The translations under genes were made by a program, and so were the position numbers. The notes beneath the pieces were generated by a model. It was given only the letters and a program-made list of their open reading frames with translations. It did not search any database and was not told the origin of the DNA. From Gnetum montanum (Eukaryota > Plantae > Gnetophyta), in contig MNCI01002119.1 in assembly GCA_015680685.1 (NCBI GenBank), forward strand, positions 62,001 to 126,000: 64,000 bases of DNA, read 5' to 3'. How positions within the stretch are numbered: the stretch's first letter is position 1; each line of letters begins with the position of its first letter. Below, piece by piece: positions 12,835 to 24,739 of this stretch.

Positions 12835-14253
12835 ATATTTTCATCCAATAATACATTCTCTGGTTTTATGTCATAGTGAATGATCTAAAATTTACAATCA
12901 TGATGCAAATAGCCAAGTCCCTTGGCTAACTCTGTTAATATGTCCACTCTAATTGACAATTTTATTGGGGTCAATTGACCATCTTCTCTGTTGTGAAGAA
13001 GAGAATGGAGATTGCCATTACTCATAAACAGCATTGCCAGGGCTTTTAATTCCTCAAACCAAAAGACAGTGATAATCTTGAGAATGTTGCAATGTCTCAC
13101 TTTGCCTAAAGCATGACATTCCTTTTCAAATATTTTCTCTATCCTAGTCTATTTTGTAGAAGAGAAACAGTTTATAGAAACCAACAATCCAAAGGTTAAA
13201 ACACCTTTGTAAACCTTCCCATGGCTGCCTTCACCTACCAAGTTTGAAGGGATGAAATTATCTGTGGCTCTTTGAAGTTTCTCCACAGATATCTTTAAGA
13301 ATTTTTCATCTATCCTTGGAGTTTCCTCTTTGGATGTTTTGACTCTTCTAAAAATGAATGAAATCCTTGCAACAATGGGCAAAAAAAGTAGACCTATAAT
13401 GGCCAACACAATTTTTAGAATAGTGCTTTTGTTCAAGTATGAGCTGTGTTGTGCAAGAGATACTAGACAAGCTTGGACACCAAAGCATCTTTCACATAAA
13501 TTTGAGTTACCAAGGAATGACAATCTTATTAATCTAAGCTTTTATAAGGAACTGTAGAGACACAAAACTTCTCCATCAAAAGTTTTGTAGCATAAGTTTA
13601 AAAATTGGAGAGCTAAATGATTAAGCAGCAGTGCAGACATAGGTCTAGTAAAGTTATTGGAAAATAGATTTATCCTTTGTAGTTGGGTGAGCTTATTGTT
13701 AAATGATTTGGAAAAGCTATCGCTAAAATTATTGGAAGTAAGAATGATCTCATAGGCATCCAACCAGCTATCCATGTACAATGTTGGGTGATCTTATTGT
13801 CAAATAATTTGGAAAAGCTACTACAAAAATTATCAGAAGTGAGACTAATCTCGTAGGCATCCAACCAACTATCCATGTACAATGCAATGTTTCTAGCAAG
13901 ATCGTTGCTTGAAAAAGTTATATATTATGCCATCTGCAGTCTTGCTATCTTTGGAGGCCCTTCTCCCATTAAACCATTTTCTAATAAATCAAAATGATAT
14001 ACAATGGATTTAAGACCTGCAACCTCTACTGGTATTGGCCTAGAGAGATTGTTTGATGATAGGACAAGGTCTTCAAGAATAAGGCAGTTTCCTATCTTTG
14101 AAGGAATTTCACCAATGAGTAGGTTTCCATTAAGGTAGAGCCTCTGCAGATTGAGTAGCTTTCCGATATTGGTAGGGATGGAACTTGAGAATTTATTTTG
14201 CAAAAGATACAAATAGCCAAGTGACTTCTTTAAGAGAGATATCCCAGCCAAAG
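12835..14253 (-). pseudogene. LRR receptor-like kinase fragment, non-RD, probably subfamily XII (EFR/Xa21/FLS2-like)
   Basis: Plant LRRs (LYLLQNKFSSSIPTNIGKLLNLQRLYLNGNLLIGEIP), FLGNSNLC cap, transmembrane segment, ATDNFIPSNLVGEGSHGKVYKG, LGYLHHDC..IIHYDIKPENVLLD. Stops and frameshifts; both ends cut by LTRs. Confidence 0.9.
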
Positions 14254-16250
14254 TGTTGTTGTGTAGTTTTTTTTGTAATCCACATCAACGTGTTTACACC
14301 TTGTTGATAACAGGCTTCCTCATTTCCACATTAGTGTTAAGGTGGCCTCCATATCCCATAACATGGCCTCCATATCCGATAACATATAACATCTTTTTGT
14401 GTTGGCATTGGGATGGCATCCATATTCGGATGGGGTTTTGGGTCTATTTTTTTCAAAATTTTCTCATAGTAACTGATTCCATGGCCTATAAATTTGTTCT
14501 TGAAGGAAGAATAAAGGTACCAAGGAATCACAACAAGATTGCAATTTTGATCCCTTTCACAGATGCTTGGAGGTTGCATACACCATCATTGTATAGCGTT
14601 GGTGTGAAAGAAGAATCTGAATGCCAAGATTAATCGAAGGCATCAATGGCAGGAGGTCAATTCCATTTGCTTCAACATTCTGTACTTTGATTACTTGTGC
14701 AATCCGATTTTCTGCACAATTATTTTCTTACATTTGGTATCAGAGCGTTAGATCTTTGTCTTGATGTGATTTTTCATGATGGTGTAATCTAGAGACAATG
14801 GTGTTTAATATTTCTGCACATAGCTGGATTTTTGTGATTTATGTATGCATTATGATTTCTCAGAAGATCGCATTATATCACAACGTAGGGAATCTAGTGA
14901 AAATTCTTCTATAAGGGTTAACTCGGGTATGAGTTCAACCTTCCTAGGAAACATTTCCCTTAGCGTGACAGGTACATTGTTAGTGAAGTTTTGTGTAGGG
15001 TATGGGTGAAGGGACCACACCCACCAATTTGATATGCATAGATTAAATATACTTGAGGAAAGATTCTAATGCATGTTTCATGGAAACACAAAGTAGCTAT
15101 AACCGGAGTTTTAAAGGTGCCATTTTTCCATAGGCATGAAGTTATATGTTTTGATAAAGTCATATATCCATCATGTATTTTTCCTATGGTTATATTCATT
15201 AAGTCATTCAATATTTTTAATAAAGTGGTAACAACTGGATATGCATAAAGTTGTTCAATATTTTGATAAATGTATGTTTATACCATGTCGAATTTGGTAA
15301 TTTATCAATTTTATGCATATTTTTGTATATGTGTGCATTTTCTACATATGAATTATAACTAGTGATCTATATAATTTTTGTATAATTAGAGAGTAGCCAC
15401 TGCATCTTTAATTATGCAAAATTATGTACTAAGAGCTTTTGGATCACATATGGCAAACAACATTAAAAATTGGGATTAATCATATGTGATATGATAAATT
15501 TTATTTCATAGGAATTTTTATTTTATTTAATATGATTAATTAGGATGATATGTTAAATTATTTTTCTTAATTTTCCCACAAGGATTAAGAAAAAGGAATA
15601 TAATTTAATAGTTTCATCATAAGGATATATGAATTTGTTTGAATTAAAATTTAGCCCATAGAGAATTTTATGTCATTTGATTCATATTTTTCATAATTTA
15701 CATTGGTAAATATGTCTTCTAGTATTTTAACCCCAAATTTAGTAACATAAGCATGTTTAATTATGCAGTTGTACAACCTGTAACCTACTCTAATTTTAAA
15801 TGTGACATTCTTGAATTAAAGGGTGATAATTATAAGATGTGGAAGGAGAGAATTCTTCTTTATTTAGGCTGGATGGACATTGATTATGCTATCTATAAGG
15901 ATGAAATAGCTACTATTACAACAATCAGCCATCTAGATGATATTGGTAATTATGAAAAATGGGAGTGATCTAATCACCTTTGTGTCATGTTCATAAAAAC
16001 CAAGATCTCGGTTGATATGTGTGGTTCACTAGAACAATATGACAATGTGCATGATTTATTAAAGGCCATTGATGAACAATTTGAGTAATCAGACAAGGCA
16101 TTGGCCAACACCTTGATAATGAAGTTCTCATCCATGAAGCTAACTAAAATTTGTGGTGTGCATGAGCACATCATGCAAATGAGGGATATAGCTACTCAAC
16201 TCAAAACACTTAATGTTGAGATGTCAGAATCTTTCTTTCTGCACTACATC
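14254..16250 (+). mobile_element. Ty1/Copia 5' fragment (possibly TAR lineage): LTR 14254-14732, PBS 14735-14746, ~1 kb leader, gag ~15753-16250
   Basis: TGTTG...TTACA termini; perfect PBS tggtatcagagc; gag LKGDNYKMWKERILLYLGWMDIDYAI...GVHEHIMQMRDIATQLKTLNVEMSESF. Lineage assignment is from motif recall only. Confidence 0.88.
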
Positions 16251-16346
16251 TTAAAATTGCGTGTTCAATGTCACTTGGCCCATCTAATATCGCATATTCG
16301 ATATCGTGGGTCCGATATCAAGTTGCTTATTTGTTGACTCATCATA
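16251..16346 (-). repeat. ~95-bp inverted, near-identical copy of the start of the LTR at 11687
   Basis: Reverse complement matches 11684-11779 with about one mismatch. The ORF track shows the identical peptide MSLGPSNIAYSISWVRYQVAYLLTHHT at both sites. Confidence 0.92.
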
Positions 16347-17436
16347 CGCTTAGGCTTTCGGAGCTTCAAAGGTTCCGCCATGACTCACACATTCACGCAT
16401 GTTTATTGTTCATTGCTGGTTTTTGCTCTTTTTCTCAAAGAAAAAACAAAACAGGGTCATCGTCATGGGTCATGAGTCATGAACATGATGACGGATGGAT
16501 GCTTGTTCAACTTTTAAAAAAATCTGTTTGCTTATAAAGTAACGAAGCCCACCAGCACATGGACAATGGCCATATGCAAGTTCATGGAGCTATGTTTTTA
16601 CTTTCCCATGACTAGTGCCGATTTTCCAGTATGTTTTCCATCATTGTCGGTGAGATGAGTTAGTGGGCTATGCCTAGTTTAGTTAAGTTGTGTATTCTTA
16701 TAATCCGGTCATCTTCAACGTGGCCCTATGGCGCTACTCACAGGTAGTCCCTAGGGTGCTACTCGGGTGCTACTCACATGTAGTCGTTGAACAAAAGTAT
16801 TAGCAAACCTGATTTGTTATAAATTTTGTTGAGGATTTCATTTTATTGTTGTCATTTTGGTTGTTGCAAAAATTATATGGAAATGGATTCAATGCCCTCC
16901 ATACCTTTGCAAATTTTCTTGCTTCAATTTAATGGTGATATTGCAATCTTCTGTGCAATTTTTAAGCATTAACAATATTTTGGATTTACATTGTACTTGT
17001 TCTATATTTTACAATGTATTTTTATGATATATGAGATTTAATTTTTTTTAAAAACTAATATATTTAAATTTTTTGGTACATGTTTGGGCACACGTACCCA
17101 AACGAATCCTCGATTCCTAGCTTCCACGAATTGGATTCTTTTGATGCATAGGCCTCTCCTTGTAATTTTGGAATAAAGGGTAAGGTAAGAATTCTTTTCT
17201 GCGGTTGGCAGCCATCGTGAAATTAACTGCTTCCAACGACAATCTTTTTAATAAATGTTCGCATGGCTGAGTTTAATTTGAAGTGGCATGGTGAGAAACT
17301 CACCAACTCCCACCATACGATGTGCTGCGTTGGTTCTATATTCATTGTTTTGATTATTCAGCATTTTGATTATGAATTTATCACTCGTCTCACTTGTTGA
17401 GGGTTTTATAAATGCCTGGTGATGATGATGATGCAG

Positions 17437-17746
17437 TTGATGGGTCTGCTCAAAGCATCACTGTCGTCTTCGACTGCACTTAATGATGTTTTCAAGGAGA
17501 CTTCCAAGGTGGCTGATCAGTCACTCATTTTTCAGAACTCATTCTTCATCAAATATAATAATATATCATTCCCTATCAAATATAATAATTTATCATTTTT
17601 ATGATCATTTTCCTTTCATTGGCATTGTGATGCAGCCCAAGACCGTGGAGTTGGACATAGACAAGGCAGGTCTGCAGGAACGCCTAGCCAAACTATTTGG
17701 GGATGCGTTGCTGAAACCTGCCAAGTCTGTTGCCTTCAAACCTTAG
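17437..17746 (+). pseudogene. Last two exons of a DUF674-like gene (17437-17508, 17636-17746); 5' part not found
   Basis: cag|LMGLLKASLSSSTALNDVFKETSK|gt resembles the LLKASL.S...L..VF motif of DUF674. A phase-0 GT-AG intron (17509-17635) joins in frame to PKTVELDIDKAGLQERLAKLFGDALLKPAKSVAFKP*. Confidence 0.55.
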
Positions 17747-20700
17747 ATATTAAAGAAGCAGCATGGGTATTAACGTAGTTATGGTATGCAGCACTAATTC
17801 TGTCACACCTATTAGCCCATGAACAAAACCATCAACATAATAAGTTATTGTCATATAACAGTCTCTGCGAACTACTGTTATGTCCAATGACATGCATCTT
17901 GCTTTCCTTTTTCTTACCGTTTCTTATCCATATAAGAAGAAGACCGAATTTAGTGGTGAATCACATGTTATTTGCTTAAAATATCGAAGATTGATTTATC
18001 CATCCAATTAATGGAATTATTAACATTTTATTTACGGTCCTCCCAAATCTTCCCGCAGTTCATTGGACTACCACAACTTGTTCAGATATATATAAATAGC
18101 TTGCGATTAGAAGAGATTGTTTCTGATTGTGCAAGTTACAATTTAGAGTGCAATGAGTATTCTGAGATGGTCACTTAAAAGAGAGTATGGGTACTTTAAG
18201 ACAAGTCACTTAAAAGGAAAATATTTAACACAATTCACTTAAAGGAAAATATTTAAGAGTGGATAGGAAATTTTTATTGTATGAATATTTTGCTTGATAA
18301 GCATAAAGGAATTATAGATTTATTGGGATATGCAAATAAAAAAAATTATTGAGGTGTCAAAAAATCAATTTGGATAGGTCATTAAGTTCAATTTATTCAT
18401 AAAAATCATAACTTATTTTAGTCAATTTGTGATTTCATTAACTAATTAATAAGGGATCATTATTTGGAGTGATGGTAAGTTGCTTGTTTCTCAAGTTGAA
18501 GACTTGGATTTGAACTTAGGTGTAATCACTCAAAGAGTTTAGGTTTTCATTCATCTATTAACATTCTCGAGATTTGTTTAATGGGATGAGTATTGTGACT
18601 CCAGGTGGTGATCCTTTTCTTATTAATTAATAAATAAAAGGTGCTAATCTAACCAATGTTTTAATATTAATATCTTGGTATTAACCACTAGAATTGAGCC
18701 TTCTAAATCAAATGTAAGTATGCATATAACTATACACTTTCATTAATTAATCTTAGCTTGATTTTCATGTTGATGCACTCATTACATAGTTCATAAAACA
18801 CACTAATGTAATCAAAGCTCTAATTAAGTTTTCATTTTGCACATGCACTCATTAATTAATTAATAAAATGTGTTAATCTATTTAAAAATACAATAATTAA
18901 GGTTTCATTCCATAATGGATATCCTTGATGGATTCAAAGCATCAATAATTGTGTTTTCATCTAACCTAGCTAGTACTAATATGTTGGAGGTTTATTTGTT
19001 AGAAAAAGTACAATAATTATCAAAGTGAGTTTGCCAATCTTACTAAACCTTGAAATAATGGTAAAGATTCTATTTCTTATTAATTATAAAGAGACATCAA
19101 AGTAAAATAATAAGAAAAGGAATTCGAGGATGCATCATGGGTAGGTGGATGAGCATGTGAATTTCAACAATGAAGATAAAATGTTCAATGATGAGGATTG
19201 TTGGTGCATAGATTAAGGGAAAGTCCTATAGAAAATGCATGGTCAAAGAAATATTTTGCAAAAGTGAGCAATTGTTGGTTGGATAGATCTATCATGGGAT
19301 TTGGATTAAGTTGGAGAAGTGACAAGGTCATAGTAGTGTCGGAAAGAGTTTTCTAGCTAAAGTTGATGCATCGAATATGAATTTTTGATGGTTTTTTCCC
19401 CACACATCTATACTTGTCTCTTAGAGGAAAATTATTATTGTAAGGTACTTGCTTGGTTTTTTCGTGCCTGGTCTACGACCTACTCCAAATGAAATAAAAA
19501 TCATTTCTTGGGTTTTTATTGTCAGATTTCTATATCTTATCTTTGGAATACAATCATCCCTCTCCAAACTAATATTGTCATAGTCAATATATTGTTAAAA
19601 CCTATCAAATTATAAGGCACTTTATGCATTTAATGTATTTAAACTAATAGCTATCATAGATGATAATTGATGAAGATTATAACAAAAATTACAAAGGAAT
19701 TGGTTTTAAGAGAGAAAATTTATAATAAAAAAAATGAGTTTTACATTATGAATAAAACAATACAGAGAATAGAAACTCTTAACACATAGATTTCTACATC
19801 TTAAAGAAGAAATTTTTTGGTTTTTACTCTATGTACCTTCTATCAATTGATTGAATAGCAACACAGGAGCATACAAATTTTGGTCAATACTCTTAAGGGA
19901 AAAAACATAGATATTTTGAGTGGCATATTTAAGCAACATCCTTAAAATTTGAAGTAACTGTTTGTTGGCAAAAGTATTAATAAAAAGTAAAAGAAAAGTT
20001 TTAGCAATAAGAATAAGGAGGTGGGAATTTTAAAAAATTTTAATCATTAGTGTGAGTGGGAGTTTTTCAAAATTTTTAGCAACCAAAATAAATGGGAGTT
20101 TAAAGTAACCTTTGAAATTGATAATTTGTTATAGTTGATGAATATTCTTTCTACCAATTGTAGTGATTTGCATAGGTTTGATTGTATTTCTATACTTCCT
20201 TGAGTTTTGAAACCTTTGGGATTTCATCTCTTGATATTTGAAGCCTTTGGGATTTCATCTCTTGATAAGAATGGTTTTGATTGTAGAACTTGGAGAGCTT
20301 GCATTTGTGCAAATAAAAAATTGTTAAAAATATAGTAATTTTCTTTTAGTGGAATGAAGCCAAAAAATTTTATTTTCAAATAGGCTAAACTCTTTATGTC
20401 CTTGAGATTTGGAGGCTAAAGATGAGATTTCAACTAGATCCCTCAAAATAGCAATCTCAATGCTTAAAGGAGGTATTACACTTAGTAGCATAGAGAGATA
20501 AATTAGTGCTACAACTTGATTCATAGATGCAAGAGATGATTCCTTGGGATCCTAACTCTACATCAACATAGATTGTAGCTTTAGCTCTTAGCATTGCATC
20601 CTTAAATACAATATCAACTCTAATTCCTAGTCATGCTATTAATATCGACCAAAAATCACACAATAATAAAGGGAACAAACAATTTTAATTAATATTATTA

Positions 20701-21676
20701 ATTCTTGTTCGAAGAAAATAAACCAAATAAAGAACTTAGGGGAGGACATCTTACACTCTAACTATACACTAGAAGAAAATGTTAAATAAGGAGACCTATG
20801 AACTAAAATAGAAAATAAAAAAGGAAATATATCTTGACCCTATAAAAAGAAAATACCTTATATTCTAGTTGAATATATGTCTTCAATTGATTGAAACTTG
20901 ATTATCATCAATGTTAAATGTGTTAAGAAGTAAAAACTCAAATCACTAAAGATGTTAGATGGAAAACTTATGGTGTATAACCAAGGGAATGTGTGGTCCA
21001 TTTTTTGAATATTTGCCCATGAGTTTAGTCATGGAGGAGATGTCCCATTTTGAAAAAAGAACTGATAAGTGCATTTTCACTTTTTTTTTTACATTTTTTT
21101 ATTATTTTCCTATTTTTTTAAAAAAATTCCAATTCTTAATATGTTTTCCATTTCTTATTATTGTTTCTTTTCTTTATAATATTTTCTTTTATTGAATCAT
21201 TTCCTTTTTGTTTTGAAAATATTTATTATGTTTTTGTTAATAATGTTGTTAGTCATGTTGTAGAATTCAACACCATGTATTGGGTCTTTGTCCTATGCTA
21301 TCAATATAATTGGGTAAATAATTTTGTAAAGCAATGAGACCACATCATCTATCCCTCCAGTTTCTAAAAATAAGAGGTCTTTATAATGAAAGTAATATGG
21401 TTCTTCTCACATGAAACTAAAATTAACTCATGATCATTATGCCTTGAAATAAGCGGGAAAGACCAAGAGGGAATGGAAAAGTGTGTGACATCAAGGGGAT
21501 TTGTTAATTCTTTGCACTTCCTCTATGGGTCTTCCTACTCTATGTGTTTATATCATTACCCATGTTTTAATTTTTATGGAAGCATATTCTCAAATAAGTG
21601 TTACCTTGCCATGTGACTGTAAAGACATGTTACATATGCTTAAAGGTACTCCTCTGGCAAGGAAAGCACACATCAC

Positions 21677-21703
21677 AAGAAGAAGAAGAAGAAGAAGAAG
21701 AAG
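21677..21703 (+). repeat. (AAG)9 microsatellite
   Basis: Directly visible in the sequence. Confidence 0.95.
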
Positions 21704-23391
21704 AAAAACTAATTCCTATGGTACCATTGGAAAGATAGGTTACCCATGCCTAAATGTAGGCTACTTTGAGGAATCCCAAAAGTATCTTGGACTAGTCTTA
21801 TTATGTGATTGGAAAGACATGTTACCTATGCCTGAAGGTACTCCTCTAGTGGCATGAGCATTGGCTATGGAGCTAGAAAGACATGTTACCCATACTTGAA
21901 GGTAACCTTATAACCAATGGCCAAATTTCCTTAAATTTTAGCATTTAAGTAATTCATTAACTGAAATTTATTTCTTGTTTTCTTTCTTAAGTAATGATGT
22001 TTTCATATAGTTGTGATGGTCCTAAGTTGGTAAGTTCAAGATGATGCAATGTAATGACACTAGCAAAGGTATGGACATGGTTTGAAACTTGGACAGATAG
22101 GTATGATGATCATTTAAGCACAACTGACATAAGAACCTATTGTGGAGATGGTAACATACCTCACATCCCAATCCCTGCAATTCCTTCTCTTCCCATTATT
22201 CACCTCATTGCTACATGCAATTATGTGCATAATGGTTTTGTCTAATATAGTGCATGATCTTAACTTAGGATGTTCTGTGTTGTTTGGAATAAAGGCATGA
22301 TCTACATTTTACTTCTAAGGTACCCATGGACATCTATAAAAGTGGTTATGCAAAGAGATTGCGGTAGAAGCCTACTTTGGGGAGGATCCACTTACATTAC
22401 TTTTGCTAATCATAGCTCTAAACTAAAACCTCACATCTTTATGGACATTATGAATAACTTCTCTAAATTTATGCATGATTTTGAGACTACTTCTCATTTA
22501 TTTTGATTGATTTTTAATGCTTTTATATTAAACTATCTTTCATATTTAATATTTCTTGGCCATTTTAAAACATCATGATTTTCAATATTTGAATGCATTT
22601 GTAATATATTGTGAACAAGACCTTTGATTTTAGTTATTTGAAAACTTGTAAGCTTCTAGAGTTGAGTTCATTTGTCATGGGGGCTAAGTATGTGATTTTT
22701 GAAATTTTTCTAACATCCCATTTTTGAACATTATGGTAAATAATAGCAAAAGTAATCAAAATGAATTAAACAACTTAATGAATTTAGTTACCTTAGAGCC
22801 TTGGAAAATAATATTTTATAATTATCTTGAGCCTAAATCCTACATTTTTTGAATCTTGAGCTAACCAGGGATGCGAAAAGGATTAATTACTAAGAAAAAC
22901 TACTAAAACTAATGTTGATTCTTTAGTTATTGTGGATGATGCTAAAAGGAATGCTTAGGATTGAAGGTCTTTTGCAAGGAAAGGAAAAGAGGCCAAGAGG
23001 AGGACATGCCCATGGACAAGTAGCACATATTGGAATTAAAGTTCAAACATCACATGTTTGCTGGCTAGAAACCCATGGGTTAATGAGAAGAAATTTTAGT
23101 CCATCTTTCAAAAAGTTCTACATAAAAAGAGAAGACTACCATTGTTAGCAACAACATTAAGATTCATCATTAGTGGATTTTTTTAAATACTTCTATAGTT
23201 TTTTCAACTTTGATATCTGTCTAGTCTTTTTGTCATTTTGTAATACATCCACTTGAATAAAATTTTGTAGTAAAACACTCAAGTTTTATAATGATAGCTA
23301 ATCTAGTCTTAGTTGCCTCAAAAATTTTATAATGGAATTTTGTCCATTTGTATATAACTCAAAGATGTGTTTTTAGTTAGTCTTGTGGGTA

Positions 23392-24319
23392 TGATAAATC
23401 ATCATATGTTAGGAACCTACGTCAATGCATCTCATTGATGTAGCCCCATTGCCACATGGTCATCGATGCATCCCATTGACGTAGTCCCATCGACATGTTG
23501 TTGTCAATGCATAATTTATTGGGATAGTGCATATGCATTGACATTGAATCACCTAATGCCTATAAATATGTAAGCATTCATCATGTATTTGGTACCATTT
23601 GGTCAATAGTGTAGTTGAACTATTGAAATTTTAGTTTGTAATCTTAGAAAATAGTTAGTGAGTGTTCACAGTGTATATTTGAGTTAATTGGACAATGTCT
23701 TATTAGAGTGGCATTGTACCTAAATATATTCCATAAATGGTAATAAGATCAAGATTGATTCATATCCATTACATCACTTTAACTTACGAATAGATTTTCT
23801 TTCAATGCAATTTACTTTCCATGTACTTAGTTAATATTTTCATTTTCATGCATATTAATCAATTGGCAAAATGAGCACGACTAGTTTCAAGCATAAACAT
23901 GTATTCACTTAGAAATCCCAACAATGTTATTGCTTAGTTCACCCAGTATCATAACAATTGGTAATCCTAGTAGTGGGTACATGAGTTCAGAACATGTATG
24001 GCAAGTTGGGAATGAACACTCATCATCCTTAGGATAGTTTAGGATATATGTCCTTAATATTAGTTAAATTAGTTAAATAATTAATTTTCATGTTTTTATA
24101 TAGCTTAGCTAGAGCTACACAACATCAAGATTCATATGCCTCACATTGGACTAAACCATATGTGATAAAGCTACCATTAGTCCAAGTGAGAAGAAAGTGA
24201 CCTATGATCAACACTTAATAATCTAAATACCACATTAGCCCCATCCACAGAATTCAACTAAATGGTGCATATATGCTTACGGTTCATATAGTTGGGTGTA
24301 GGGGACACACCACTCATCA
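23392..24319 (+). mobile_element. Diverged Athila-family 3' LTR; ~21500-23390 is probably its internal 3' region
   Basis: PPT-like ttagtcttgtgggta|TGATA start; TATA at ~23560; end gttgggtgtaggggacacaccaCTCATCA as in the other copies. Confidence 0.72.
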
Positions 24320-24739
24320 TCGTGTAACTATTTATCACCACACTGTGGGCATTCATAATTAATTATAACTTTATGAAAACAAACTACTAGAGTTTTGCTA
24401 AGGTGTCACAAAAGGTGATATTTGACATGATGGTGGGCCTGTATTTATAGGCTTGATTATGGCCCACTACATCACATCTACGACATTGTGTATTGAGCTA
24501 AACTATTGCATCTATAATATTGTAGATTATTGTGGTCAAACATGAAAAACTTGATTTATCACTAAGCATGATTTTGATGTATCTTTGTTATATGTCTATT
24601 TGATAAATAACATTTGAATGTATTTTTATATACATATATATATATTATTTAAATCCTTTGAATGTATCTTTATCTACTAAGATTCTTTAGATCATTTTGA
24701 TGACTTTATTTCATATATAAATTTGTTGCTTTGATATTT

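Noticed and set aside
16668-17151. Possible small hAT-like element (ctatgc...gcatag)
   Set aside because: Terminal match of only 6 bp and no 8-bp TSD.
17255-17305. Faint resemblance to an SSU rRNA segment
   Set aside because: Too short and mismatched, with no flanking similarity.
18200-21500. AT-rich region with possible decayed LTR/gag or LINE fragments
   Set aside because: No motif I can identify with confidence; needs a repeat-library search.
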